NCBI RefSeq assembly: GCF_020745735.1
Contig: NC_083409.1
Span: forward strand, 13,639,259 to 13,703,258
Length of the DNA stretch: 64,000 nucleotides
Direction of reading: 5' to 3'
Source: Hemiscyllium ocellatum
Taxonomy: Eukaryota
Shown here: positions 12,760 through 24,365 of the stretch, piece by piece
Position numbering within the stretch: position 1 is the first letter of the stretch
Layout of the letters: each line of letters opens with the position of its first letter
The notes under the pieces: model-generated
Database searches by the model: none
What the model was told of the DNA's origin: nothing
Seen by the model: the letters and a program-made list of their open reading frames with translations, nothing else
Position numbers and translations under genes: made by a program

Positions 12760-13945
12760 AATGAAAAACAGTTCAGGTTTGTGCCCGAAACATCGAATTT
12801 CCTGTTCCTTGGATGCTGCCTGACCTGCTGCGCTTTAACCAGCCACACATTTACTACAAAGTCACAGATTTCCATATCTAACTGGACCACACCTCCTCCC
12901 ATTCAGTATCCTGCAAGAACTCCATCCCATTCTTCCAATTCCTCTGCCTCCGCCCCATCTGCTCAGATGAGGAGACCTTCCACTGACCATAGATGTCCAC
13001 CTATTACGAACAACGTGCTTTTCCTCCTTCTGTCATCCAACGCACTCCTCCCTTTCCCACTCCACTGCTCTTAATCCAGCCCCCTCCAAACACAATTAAA
13101 ACAGAGTCCCCACTGTCCTCACCTATGAGCCCACCAATCTCCGTATCCAAAACATCATCCTTAAACACTTCTGCTAACTCCAACTAGACCACACCACCAA
13201 ATACATCTTCCTCTCCCCACCACTGAATGCCTTCCATAAGGACCATTCTCTTTGACAATTCTTGGTTTGCGTCACTCTCCCACCTACCCTCCCGAATCCC
13301 AGGTACCTTCCCTGCTACTCAAAACGATGCAAAGCCTGCTGGTACTCTAATCCCTCACCTCCATCCAGGGCCCCAAGCAGTCCTTCCAGGTGAGACAGAG
13401 ATTCACCTGCCTCTCCTCCAACCTAATTCACTGCACCAGGTGCTCCCGATGTAGTCTTCTCTACATCGGGAAGACCAAACATAAACTTAGGGAATGGTTC
13501 ACCGAGCATCTTAGCTGGGACCGGAGGGGCTGACTTGACCTCCCAGTCACTATCTATTTTAATTCCCCTTCCCACTCCCTTTCTGAAATGACCATCCTTG
13601 GCCTCCTCCATTGGCACAACAAACCAAACTGCAAATTGGAGGAACAACACCCCATATTACGCCTGGGCGGCTGACAGCCCAGAGGACTCAACATTGAGTT
13701 CTTCAATTTCATATAACCACCCTTCCCACTCCCCTGTCTCCCTTCCAAATCTCTCTCCCTCCCTTCCACTCCTTCCTGCCAGCTACCGCATTCATTCCTC
13801 CCATTGACCAACCAGGTCATAACCTCTACCTGTCATCACCAATCCCCACTTCATCATCCTGTCCCTGCCACCCCCTTTATCTTAGCTCTCCCTACACCCC
13901 CCCCGCCCCCCATTCTTGAAAAAGAGTTACACACCGAAATGTCAA
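12760..13945 (+). mobile_element. Penelope-like retroelement, 3' part (GIY-YIG)
   Basis: PKQSFQVRQRFTCLSSNLIHCTRCSRCSLLYIGKTKHKLREWFTEHL around 13370-13510. Confidence 0.8.
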
Positions 13946-13949
13946 CTAA

Positions 13950-14572
13950 GGCGGCACGGTGGCTCAGTGGTTAGCACTGCTGCCTCACAGCACCAGGCAC
14001 CTGGGTTCAATTCCCGCCAGTCTATGTGGAGTTTGCACATTCTCCCTGTATCTGCATGGGTTTCCTCCGAGTGCTCCAGTTTCCTCCCATAATCCAAAAA
14101 TGTGCAGGTCAGGTGAATTGGCTGTGCTAAACTGCCCACAGTGTTAGTCAGGGGTAAATATTGGGTAGAGGAATGGGTTTGGGTGGGTTGCTCTTCGGAG
14201 AGGTGGTGGAGACTTGTTGGGCTGAAGGGCCTGTTTCCACACTGTAGAGAAGGGGGCAGCATGGTGGCTCAGTGGTTAGCACTGCTGCCTCACAGCACCA
14301 GGGGCCCAGGTTTGATTCCAGCCTTAGACGACTGGCTGTGTGGATTTTGCACATTCTCACTGTGTCTGCATGGGTTTTCTCCGGGTGCTCTGGTTTCCTC
14401 CCACAGTCCAAAGATGTGCAGATCAGGTGAATTGGCCATGATAAATTGCCCATCGTGTTAGGTGCATTATCCAGAGGGGAAATGGGTCTGTGTGGGTTAC
14501 TCTTTGGGGTAAGTGTGGACTGGTTGGGCTGAAGGGCCTGTTTCCATACTGTCGGGAATCTAATCTAATCTA
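13950..14572 (+). mobile_element. Two tandem tRNA-derived HE1-type SINEs (13950-14246, 14251-14572)
   Basis: ggcggcacggtggctcagtggttagcactgctgcctcacagc head; gggccgaagggcctgtttcc...taatctaatct tail. Confidence 0.85.
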
Positions 14573-14619
14573 CTCCGCTGCCTGGCTTGCTGTGTTCCTC
14601 CAGCCTCCTCCCTGTCTAC

Positions 14620-15070
14620 ATTGAATGTAAACAGCAGGAAAGGGCTGAACAATCAAGTATCAGGGCCATAAACAAATGGGACATGAAACAGATAGATGCA
14701 TTGAGGTGGTCATTCACAAAGAGAAAACCAAACTGGAAATGAAACATTCAGACACAGTGGACCGAATTTAATAACAGAAAATGTGAGACCATGCACTTTG
14801 GTCAGAATAATCTAAAGGCTGACAATTATTTAAATTGTGAGAGATTCCAACAAAGTACAGTACAGAGTGATCTGGGTGTTCTTGTGCATGGGACACTGAA
14901 AGTTAGTGCAGGTACAGCAAGGAATTGAGAAGGCAAATGGAATTTTCACCTTTATTGCTGGGGGTTGGAATTTAAAAGTAGAGAAGTCTTGTTAAAACTG
15001 TACAGTGTGTTAGTGAGCCTGCATTTGGATTATTGTGTGCAATTATGGTCCCTGTATTTAAGAAAAGATG
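14620..15070 (+). mobile_element. CR1 RT fragment
   Basis: EFKSREVLLKLYSVLVSLHLDYCVQLWS. Confidence 0.7.
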
Positions 15071-15439
15071 GACAGCCATTGGAGTCTCCCTCCTGCTCCT
15101 ATTTCTCATGTCCTTGTGTGCTCCAGTGTCCTTCCCTCACAGCAGTGCTGGTTGGAGCCTGCCTGCAGTAACAGCCTCCAGTCTCTGGGTGGTGCTGCCA
15201 AATGATCTGCCTTGCCCAGGCTGTCACAGTTCCCATGTTACAACAATATCAGAAGTATTCCATTGGCTGCAAAACATTTTCAAACATCTAATGTTCAAGG
15301 ACGGTATAACAGAAATATAATTCTCTCTCTTTTTATATTTTCTCTCCATGCCTGCCCACCTATTACCTAACAACATTCTACACTTGTGTCAAGTCCAGAA
15401 TTAATCATGAATCTCTGGGAGAGCTTAATCTATGACAAC

Positions 15440-16150
15440 ACTGGGATTAATGACCACCTCCTTAGTGGACTTTGTGGGTGAAGGTCAATAGCAGTCTCAT
15501 TGTAACTTGATCTGAGTTGGTCTGAGTCAGTCAGTGTTATTGTTCAGGGTAGAGACAGTACTGACCAACCTCAGACCCTGTGATCTGATTGAGATGAAGG
15601 GTTATCTGTGCAGGGCTTTCACACCTGGCTCACACACACAGTGAAGCAGGGATTCTCCATTTTGCGAGAGTAAATGGAACTAACAAACTGGGTGGGCGTG
15701 ACAACCCCACCCTGTCCCCAAGAGAGTGGGGACAGGAACAGTAATGTTCTCAGAGAGAAAGGATAGTAAAAATGGGACAACAAGAGAGAGAGAGGACAGG
15801 AAGCATGAAACTCCCCAGAGACAGACAAACAGTATCTGTCTGCTCCCCACTTTCTTGTTGTGCCATATGAAATTGGGAAATTGGTTTGGTTTATATTTTC
15901 TCAATTGTATTTAGGTTTGATGAGGTGATTTGGTAACAATGATTCCAATTCCATATTTTGTTTGGCAGCAGATCTACTGAAGGACATGTTTTCATTTGGA
16001 GGTTGCCCAGGTTTCTGTCCAGGCTGATGCAGCATGGTCTACAGTGCTGCTCCTATTGGGCTAATCCATCACACACGAGGGAATCTGACAGACACCTTCT
16101 CGTTGTGCTGGCAAAGGAAGACATTTGTTTATACTGTAATTGCGGCCAAA
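15440..16150 (+). repeat. Conserved non-coding block X of the downstream cassette (paralogs ~31250-32030 minus, ~41520-41830 minus, partial)
   Basis: Shared strings such as ctgaccaacctcagaccctgtgatctgattgagatg and ggtttggtttatattttctc. Confidence 0.8.
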
Positions 16151-17072
16151 GAAATTAGTTAGTGAATGTAATTCCAGCTGAATATAATGTTCTGATGTTC
16201 ATGATGGGATTGATCACGACAGTTCCCACTTGCCTTTACACTGATGGTGGAACAGGAAGTCACCACGCAGTGGTCTCCTGGCTCATACTGAGAAACCAAG
16301 TTGATGATATAACTGCAGAGAGCAAGAAATGGCTTGGACTCACTGAACAACCAGAGGCTTCAGCCAACAACTGGGTCACAGACAAATGGAGTGTTGTGTA
16401 AACTCTCAGTATCTCAGGGAACAAACACAACTACTGAGCTACAAAACTGAACAGGACTTTTTATGAAAATTGGCATTCCAAAAATAAATTCCAAACACAA
16501 TATGTGTAAAAATTGAGTGCAATCTCATTACAAAAACTACATCATTTTCATTGAAAGCTGGACGATAATGAGATGAGAATTCAAACAACCACCCACTCCA
16601 TCACACAGTGTTCTCATCATAACACATTTGCAAGCCTCTTAAAACATGGAAGGAGAGGGAAACATTACAAACTATATTACCATGAGTGAGGATCCATTAA
16701 AAACTAGGACCATGATGTTAAATGCTCCCAGCCATAAACAACACAGATGCATTCACATCATTAGTTTGTTAAATGATGTTAAAAAGTCTGCCAACCACTT
16801 TCATGAAGAAGGAATATTTAAATCTCAAGAGGCATTGATGACTTTTTTTCAGGACTATAGCAAGGAAGCAGCAGCTGACATATGAACTTCAACAAACTAA
16901 TGATAACATGGACTGAATACAGAGCAGGCCCCTGAGAGGGAGAGAAAAATTAACAGCAGAGATCTGTCCAGTGCTGGGAGCATTTTAGACAAGACACCTT
17001 GTTGCCAGCAAGTTACTGCAGCTTGAAATTTCCAGTAGGGTCAGAAAGAGAAAAAGGACAATGTACAGATTG

Positions 17073-17172
17073 TTGAACAGGCCCCTACACCTGGGCCTGA
17101 GGCAGGAGCCCAAGCTCCAACACACTGGCCTCACTTCACACCAACCTTCACACAGTGCGGGGTCATGAACTC
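17073..17172 (+). repeat. 100-bp near-invariant element, copy A
   Basis: Identical to revcomp of 39799-39898; 99/100 to revcomp of 30883-30982. Confidence 0.9.
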
Positions 17173-17508
17173 TGGCCATCAATCCCTCTGGGACCGGGAT
17201 GGAGTGAGGGAAAAGGGACAATTGTAGAAGAGTCAATAAGGAGTAAAGCAAGATGGAGAGGGTGTGTTGGAAAGGGGTTAGAGGAGGAAATATACTTTGT
17301 GCCACTCAGTACAGACATCATCTACGTGTATCACAGAATGAACAAACAAAAGTCACACCGAAGTACTTTTCTTATCATAGGGGACATTTTCCTTGTAAGT
17401 ACCCTGCTTCTGAAGCTGTACACTCTCTCTATGGGTCTCTCCAGATTGAGCCTGATCGCTCCAAGCAAGGCCCCAGTTTATTTTTCCTGATCAGGGACAG
17501 TGAAGCAG

Positions 17509-17523
17509 CTGCCCTCTAGTGGC
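17509..17523 (-). promoter_or_regulatory. CTCF core motif, C1 unit
   Basis: GCCACTAGAGGGCAG on minus, a perfect match to CCASYAGRKGGCRS. Confidence 0.7.
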
Positions 17524-18559
17524 GAGAGAGCGCTTGCACGGCTGCTGAGGATTATGGGTAAAGTCCCCTTCCATTCGCGCCCACACAAACCAGCAGCCAC
17601 TTCAGCTGCTTTATTGAAAACCACAAGCTTTCAAGGCGCTGTTCTTTCAACGGTGGAACTGGACGCACGGTCATACGAATTAGGGACAAATGAAGGAGAT
17701 TCATCCTCTTCAGCCTGCTCCCCATGGCTGACCTGATTATTCACCTTCTTACCTTACTCTGACAGATTTTTGATCAGCAATGACTGTCTACTTCTTCACT
17801 ACAAGCATTCAGACGTTTCAATTTCAATTCCAAAGACCTATGACCTTTGTCAGAAATCAAAACCCTGCTCATCTAGGTCTTAAATGAGGGAACTTATTTT
17901 AGTTTTATATTCTCCCTGAAAAGGAAGCATTCTTTTCACATCCACGCTGTATTCTATGCTCTTGTTGATATGACATCTGCTTTAATCAGCTGCTCTCCCA
18001 TGAGAACAGCTGCCCATCCTGCCACCTTCAATGACTGATGCACAGAAACATCCAGGTCCTACTGCCCCTACACCCATCCATACTTGTACCCTTTAGTTTG
18101 TTTTGTCTCTCCACCTTTTCCTTCCAAAATGAATCAGTGACATCTCTTTCTATTAAATTCTACCTGCGACCATTTGTTCATTCCATTATCTATACCCTTT
18201 TTGAAGTTCCACACTATCTTTTTCATGAGTCGCAGTAGATCCAACTTTCATACCATCAGCAAATTTTGAAACCATGCCTTGTGCACTCAGATTTAAGTAT
18301 TTTAAATAATTTTTAGAATGAACTATTTTATAAACTATTTTAAATCAAGCCTCAAATTTATTGCCCATCTCCAGTTGCTCGGACTGAGTTCTGAGCCAGA
18401 TCATGGGGCCGTTAAGAATGAATCGCGTCACTGTGTGGGACTGGAGTCACAGACCGGGTGATGACTGGGTCCCCTTGTCCAAACTACATTCATGAACATG
18501 ACATTGAGTTTCTTGGGTTTTTTTGTTCAGACCCCAGCGCCTTCCTTCCCAGATGTTAG

Positions 18560-19350
18560 ACGGCTCACCAATGCCCTCTCCAGGACAATTAGGGAAGTGC
18601 AACAAATAGCAGCCATTTTTGTGCCCGCCCATCCCAGGAGAAATCAAAATAAATGAGATACACTTCAAATGATCAAACTGGTGAGGCTTGAATTCATCTC
18701 TTTGAAAAACTGGAGCCTCGGCGAGAAATACAGCCATGACATGGGTGAACCTGGTTTGTCAGACTGAAAGGTGGAGTGTCCTTTGGATTGAAACTGGGAT
18801 CAGACACAAAATGAATTACACTCAAATAGCGAATAAACATCTATCAAAGCGGGTCACCAAAGTGCAAAGAGCAGCAATTTATCTGGGAGACCTCAACAGG
18901 TATCAGTGGGTGTAAGTGCTTTCGGCAGGCAAGTGTCAGATATTGTAGAACACACCAGAAACACAGTCACACAGAAAGGGAAGCTATTGGGATAGAGCAG
19001 GGAAACAGGAATAACTGAATTTCTCCACTGAGAGCTGGAAGAGGTTTTCTCGGTTGTAACTCCTCTGAGAATGATAAAGCTTGAAGGGCTGTTTATTTTA
19101 TAGACAATACTGCAGCGCGCAAGAAAGGATGGGGAGTGACAGATCTCCTCTAAATTGGAAACAATATCAGAAATAAAGGTCAATGTGATTTTGGATTGAA
19201 TATTGAGAGTAAGGAGATGGAGGGGAGAGTGACCATGGCAGCTGTCCTGAAGAATGGTTTGGTCATGGCTAGAATGGTGCACAGTTAGAGGCTGCTTTGA
19301 GGGACAATACATAGTGGGACATGGACAGGGGATCTAGGGTCACCAGAGAT
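18560..19350 (+). repeat. Conserved non-coding block Z (paralogs ~26100-26920 minus, ~38830-39190 minus)
   Basis: Shared string tgatcaaactggtgaggcttgaattcatctctttgaaa and its flanks. Confidence 0.8.
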
Positions 19351-20344
19351 GTGCAGGATAGCAAATGGAAAATGCCATGGAAAATGCAGGATTACAGGGA
19401 TAGGTCGGGTAGGTGTGGGTCGGAGTGGGGTGACCTTCAAAGGGTCTGTATGAGCTTGCTGGACTGTGTGGCCTGCTTCCACTCTGTAGGAATTCCTCGA
19501 TTCTGTGATTCTATGAAGGCCAGAACAGGATCTCAACAGTGGAGGGAGGGTATTCTGATGTTCAAAAATTCTCAAACAAATAAACACAGTAAATGTAGAT
19601 TTATCGTCACTGCAGACAAACTGAAAGGCAAAATGACTTATTCTCCAGTCATGTACTAGGTACAGAAAATAGATCAGGAAAAATATTTTGATGCAATTAT
19701 TGGAACTTAATGATGAATAATGATAAACAAAGTGCTCCATTCAAAAAAAGACAGAATTGCTTTTTAGAATTTCAACAGGCCTGAAGCAAAAGAGGAAATC
19801 AGGATCAAAGTCATTTGAGAATATAATACTTGAGTGAGACAAAGCTCTTCTTGTGAAAGCATTTCATTTTGCCTTGCTTTCTCTCCATGGATGCTGCCTG
19901 ACCCGCTGGGATCTCCAGAGTTTTGCTGTGCGATTTCTTACAAAATGTCTTGTTGTGTGAAAGACAAAAGCTTTGACAAAATGTCTCTTTTTTTCAGCAA
20001 CACTTGAATTTGGATCAGTTTGGAGAGAAAGCAGGGCCATGAAATCATCTTTCCCTGCAGGGAGGGAGGGAGTGTGTGTGGAATCTCCCATGGGCAGGGT
20101 TCTCCTGGCTGCCACCACATCAGGAAGGCTGGAGCTTGATGATCGAGCTGAATGGACAGGGCTCACTCTCACAGTCCTCAGGGCCATGGAGTCTCTTGTG
20201 ATGGGGGCATCTGCTTGGTGTCGAGGGCAGACAATGACATTGCAGTGGGATTGGAAATGGGACAACTCGACAATGGATGCTGCACAATGGCTGCACTGAC
20301 TCTTCCTCTCTGCCTGATCCTTCCCCACACAAAGGAGAAGTTGC

Positions 20345-21085
20345 ATTAGGAACCTGTTCTAAAGGGCTACAACCCACTGCAGCACTCCCGAACTGCAAAG
20401 AGAAGAACACTTCTACAAAGACTTTGCCAAGAACAGATATTCCCGCAACTTCATCCACAGATGCATAACAGACAAACAACGCGATGAGGGTATGCCACGA
20501 CCTAACTCACTAGCCACACTACCTTATATAAAAACATCACAGTACTCCAACCACTCATAAACTGCCCAGAAACTGACAGCGACGCTCAGACAACCCACGA
20601 GAACAAAAGGCCCATACCTACCGTGTGAAAGACAGATGTAATTTACAAGAATCCATGCAACGTTTGCACAAAACACCTCGGACAAACAGGCAGACAACTA
20701 GCCATGCACGTCCATGAACACCAATGAGCCACTAAACCCCATGAGCAGCTGTCCCGAGTAGCTATACACACAGATGACAAGGACCACAAATTCAACTGGA
20801 CCAACACTATGATCATAGGACAAGCTCAACAGAGGACAGCCAGAGAATTTCTAGAGGCATGACACTTATCCATGGGATCCATCAATAAACACATTGACCT
20901 AGACCCAGTATACCAACCACTGCAACGAACATCAGGAACCAATAACTGTAAACAGCAGGAATGGAACCAAATAAGTTCCAGAAGACACAGCACAACAGCA
21001 CTTCACAGGAAGCTCCAAAGCTCTGAAGATGTCACCGAGACAGGGGACAAAATGTTTACAAATCAACTTCCCAGCTCGGTGAGCA
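20345..21085 (+). mobile_element. Penelope-like retroelement (second family), 3' part
   Basis: RATTHCSTPELQ..., DVIYKNPCNVC...GQTGRQLAMHVHEH, AREFLEA, SINKHIDLDPVYQPL. Confidence 0.8.
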
Positions 21086-22767
21086 TACCCACATCTACAG
21101 CAAGGGGGGGGGGGGGGGGGGGGCGGTTTTCCTGTCCTACAGTGCGCTCCAAATCCTTACCTACCCTCCTCATTGTCATACCCTCCTGCCCCTTCCTACA
21201 CATGGAATGGGACAGCCTGGTCCTGAGGATTATAACATCCTTCTGGGACAAGGTCTCCAGGTATCTCTGCACGTCCCTGACGTGTCACCAATACTTTCAA
21301 CTCAACCTCCAGTCCAAACACTCTGTGTGGGAGTTGTTGTAGATTTATACATTCACTACAGATGTATTTAACCTGAGTCACTTTAACTCAATAAAGAAAT
21401 GTTGATCCCATTTACAAATGAAAGATACCCATTCCTCTATTAAACCAGTAATTGTCTTCAGTATCTGAATTAAAGTTTTAGTGCTTTCCATTTATTGACC
21501 TTCCCGAATGGGGGTGTCCCGAAGCAGTACAAGACGACATGAGGATATAGACGGGCTGGGAGGGTCAGATGGGCTGATCAGTAACAAGTGGAATTCATTC
21601 AGATAAATGTGAGTCAGTGGACTGAGCTCCCCCTGACCATGTGAGTGAGGTGAGGGCAGAGTGACAGCACTTGACATCAAGGCCTGAGCAATGCAGCAGT
21701 TTTTCACCTGCTATTCCAAGGAAGGGATCAACATCGGGATCCCTCCAAGCAACTCCTGGGAGTTCTGTCATCCCAAAGGGACACGTCCTCCTCTTCAGTT
21801 CCCACAACCAGCAGCAAGTCAGCCACACACTGTGCAAACTGTTTGGGGGAGCTGACCTGAACTCTCACAGCCCTGTGCCATGCTCTGCTGGAAGATGGAG
21901 GGACTATTGGGGAGTCCTTGGGGCAGACAGCTCCATCAATATTGTTGGTCTTTAAACAAGATGGTGAACCTGTCCTGGTCCTCAGCCCTCCCTGACCCGA
22001 TATGGACCAGAACATGTTCAAAATGACCAACTGTGTAATGACCCACTGCCAGTCAGACAGCAATGAGCCAATCTGCTCTGAACACTCCCTGAGTGAGCTC
22101 ACTCCATTATGTTCAGATACACTGCTATTGAGTGCCCAGGGAGCCCACCCTTCCACTCTCTGGTTTTGATAACCCTCCCATCACAGAGTCCCCCCGTGAA
22201 CCCCTTCAGTTCGTTCTCCACTGGAGGGGGCTGGTCTCAGTGGTTTTGATGGATGCATCTGTGGGTGAGATATAATGATATATAACTCAATATGTTCCCT
22301 ATTCCCCACCCACACACGTATGGACACAGGCTCTTCTCCATTCATCGTACACCATCAGACACAGGTATTCAGGATGGGTACTGCCCCTTCAGAGCACCAC
22401 CATGGTGGATGGAGGGTTATGGAGAGAAAGGTTCCCTCCCCACTCTGGGTTTGGACCTTCCCCATCGACACTCTGAGTTCAGCTCACTCTCAACATGATT
22501 CTTCAATCTTTCTGAACTCCTACACACCTTCCTTCTTTCCTCCATTTATTGGGGATGATTTTCTCAGGGCCCTGCATTCCTGCTGAAAGTGCCCCTTCTG
22601 TCCCTAACTGTAGTATTGCCCTCCTGCTCCCGGGACCCCATTGCCCTCTCTATTCTCCCCCTCGTGTTCCGTACCTTGAGGGTGGAGGTTAACACACCCT
22701 TTCCCTGAGGCTTCAGCTCAGGCCATTTCCAAAGCACACACGAGACAGAGACTGAATCTTCTTCATA

Positions 22768-22773
22768 TTTATT
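22768..22773 (-). terminator. polyA signal of C2 unit
   Basis: AATAAA on minus in the same homologous context. Confidence 0.6.
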
Positions 22774-23039
22774 CCCTTTTCCAGATTGACATTGACAGAA
22801 AACAGTCAGCAATTAACAGCCCAGACAGAGGAAGCTGCACAAATTCACAGCCACAATGGAGCTTGAGGAAAACACTTGTGGAGATTTTCTCTATAACCTG
22901 AGAATCCTGTCCCTTCAAACAGTGACAGAACCTTAAATTGGAACTGGTGGCTGAGCAGGATGAAGATCTGGTTTACTGAAGCAGAGACTTCTGAGGTTCA
23001 CATTGTTTTTATACAGCTCACAGTTTTCAATCTTTGAAA

Positions 23040-23280
23040 GGTTATGCTTGTTATTACAACTTAACACTGTCCCCAACAAACAGTCTCCTGGACAGGGACA
23101 GAATAGGGTTAGATACAGAGTAAAGCTCTTTCCATACTGTTCCCACCAAAGACACCCAGGACAGGGACAGGATAAGAAACAGAATAAAGCTGTCTCCACA
23201 CTGTCCTCGTCAAACACTCCCAGGACAGGGACAGCACTGGTTGGGAACAGAGTGAAGCTCTCTCTACAGTGTCACAGTAA
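23040..23280. repeat. Triplicated 64-69 bp unit in the C2 3' UTR
   Basis: gggacag anchors at 23095, 23164, 23228; single copy in the other units. Confidence 0.75.
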
Positions 23281-23431
23281 CCTGCCTTAACCCCTGAACC
23301 TCAGAGTCTCCCAGAGGCCAGTCTCAAGAAGGAAGAGAGTTGAAATTCAGTGCTGACAATGACCTTTGTCCTGCCAGCTCAGCCCTGTTCTATTTAAAGT
23401 TGTGTCTCCTCTGTGGACTGTCTCAAACACA

Positions 23432-23519
23432 CTACACACATTCTGATCTCCTGATGCTCTTGCGAGGGGAGAGGAGAAGGTCACATGGGTGAGGACACAG
23501 GAGAAATGAGTGTTGGACT
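23432..23519 (-). pseudogene. IGKC: Ig kappa C exon C2 remnant (last ~90 bp only)
   Basis: Minus strand ...tccaacactcatttctcctgtgtcctcacccatgtgacc...agagcatcaggagatcagaatgtgtgtag is fused directly to upstream intron sequence; acceptor and most of the exon are missing. Confidence 0.85.
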
Positions 23520-24029
23520 GGCAAAAGTATTATTTTGAACATTTGTATCCAATACCCAACAAACCCGATGTTTTTTAAATTCCTTTTTGATTGTGGACAT
23601 TGAAGCCCCCCACCCAGAGTACATTCTGTGCCCTCACCACCCTCAGAGCTTCCATTAAGTGCTATTCAACATGGAGGAGAGACTGACTCATCAGTCGAGG
23701 GCGGACAGAACATGGTCATCAGCCGGAGGTTTCACAGAATCAGAGAATCATACAGTGTAGAAGAGGTCCCTCATCTGATCATGTCTGTCCCACCAAGGCA
23801 AAACTAAAGCTACTCTCCATCAGCTTTCCAGAACTGGGTCCAAAGCATTGAATGTTCGGATATTTCAGGTTCCCATCCAGGTATTTTCTAAAAGGTATAT
23901 TTGTTAAATATTGACCAGGACACCATGGGGATCTGCTCTGCTCTTCTAATAGTGGCATGGCATCTTCTACTGCCCCCTGAGAGGGCAGACATCAGAACAT
24001 CCCATCTGAAAGATAGTCTCTGAGCACTG

Positions 24030-24365
24030 AACCTCTGACAGTGTTGCGCTCCCTCAGTATTGACACACCAGCAGTGCAGCACTCCCTCAGCATGAACTAT
24101 CTGATAGTGCAGCACTCCCACGGTATTGACTTTCTGACAGTGCGGAATTCCCTCAGTACGAACCCTCTGACAGTGTGGCACTGTCTCATTACTGACCTTC
24201 TGACAGTGCAGCACTCCCTCAGTACTGACCCATCATTAGGGCAACACTCCCTCAGTACTGACCCTCCAATAGTGTGGCACTCCCTCAGTACTGTCGTTCT
24301 GACGTGCTGCATTCCCTCAGTACTGACCCTCTGACAGTGCTGCACTCCCTCAGCGCTGCACTGCA
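24030..24365. repeat. 33-bp minisatellite (cagcactccctcagtactgaccctctgacagtg), about 10 copies
   Basis: Direct periodicity; contiguous with a Deu-SINE fragment at ~23885-24030. Confidence 0.9.

Noticed and set aside
16646-16885. 79-aa ORF MEGEGNITNY...
   Set aside because: No recognisable domain, no splice support, and absent from the paralogous cassettes.
16604-17157. CACAGTG heptamers as functional RSS
   Set aside because: No ACAAAAACC-like nonamer at 12 or 23 spacing on either side and no adjacent V or J coding sequence.
16985-17305. Cys-rich ORF (ALCEGWCEVRPVCWSLGSCLRPRC) and the opposite-strand Pro-rich ORF seen in three copies
   Set aside because: Open only because the 100-bp DNA element is identical; starts, stops and flanking frames differ between copies and no protein family is recognisable.
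17380-17392. kappaB-like GGGGACATTTTCC
   Set aside because: Non-canonical length and not conserved in the paralogous copy at ~30660-30680.
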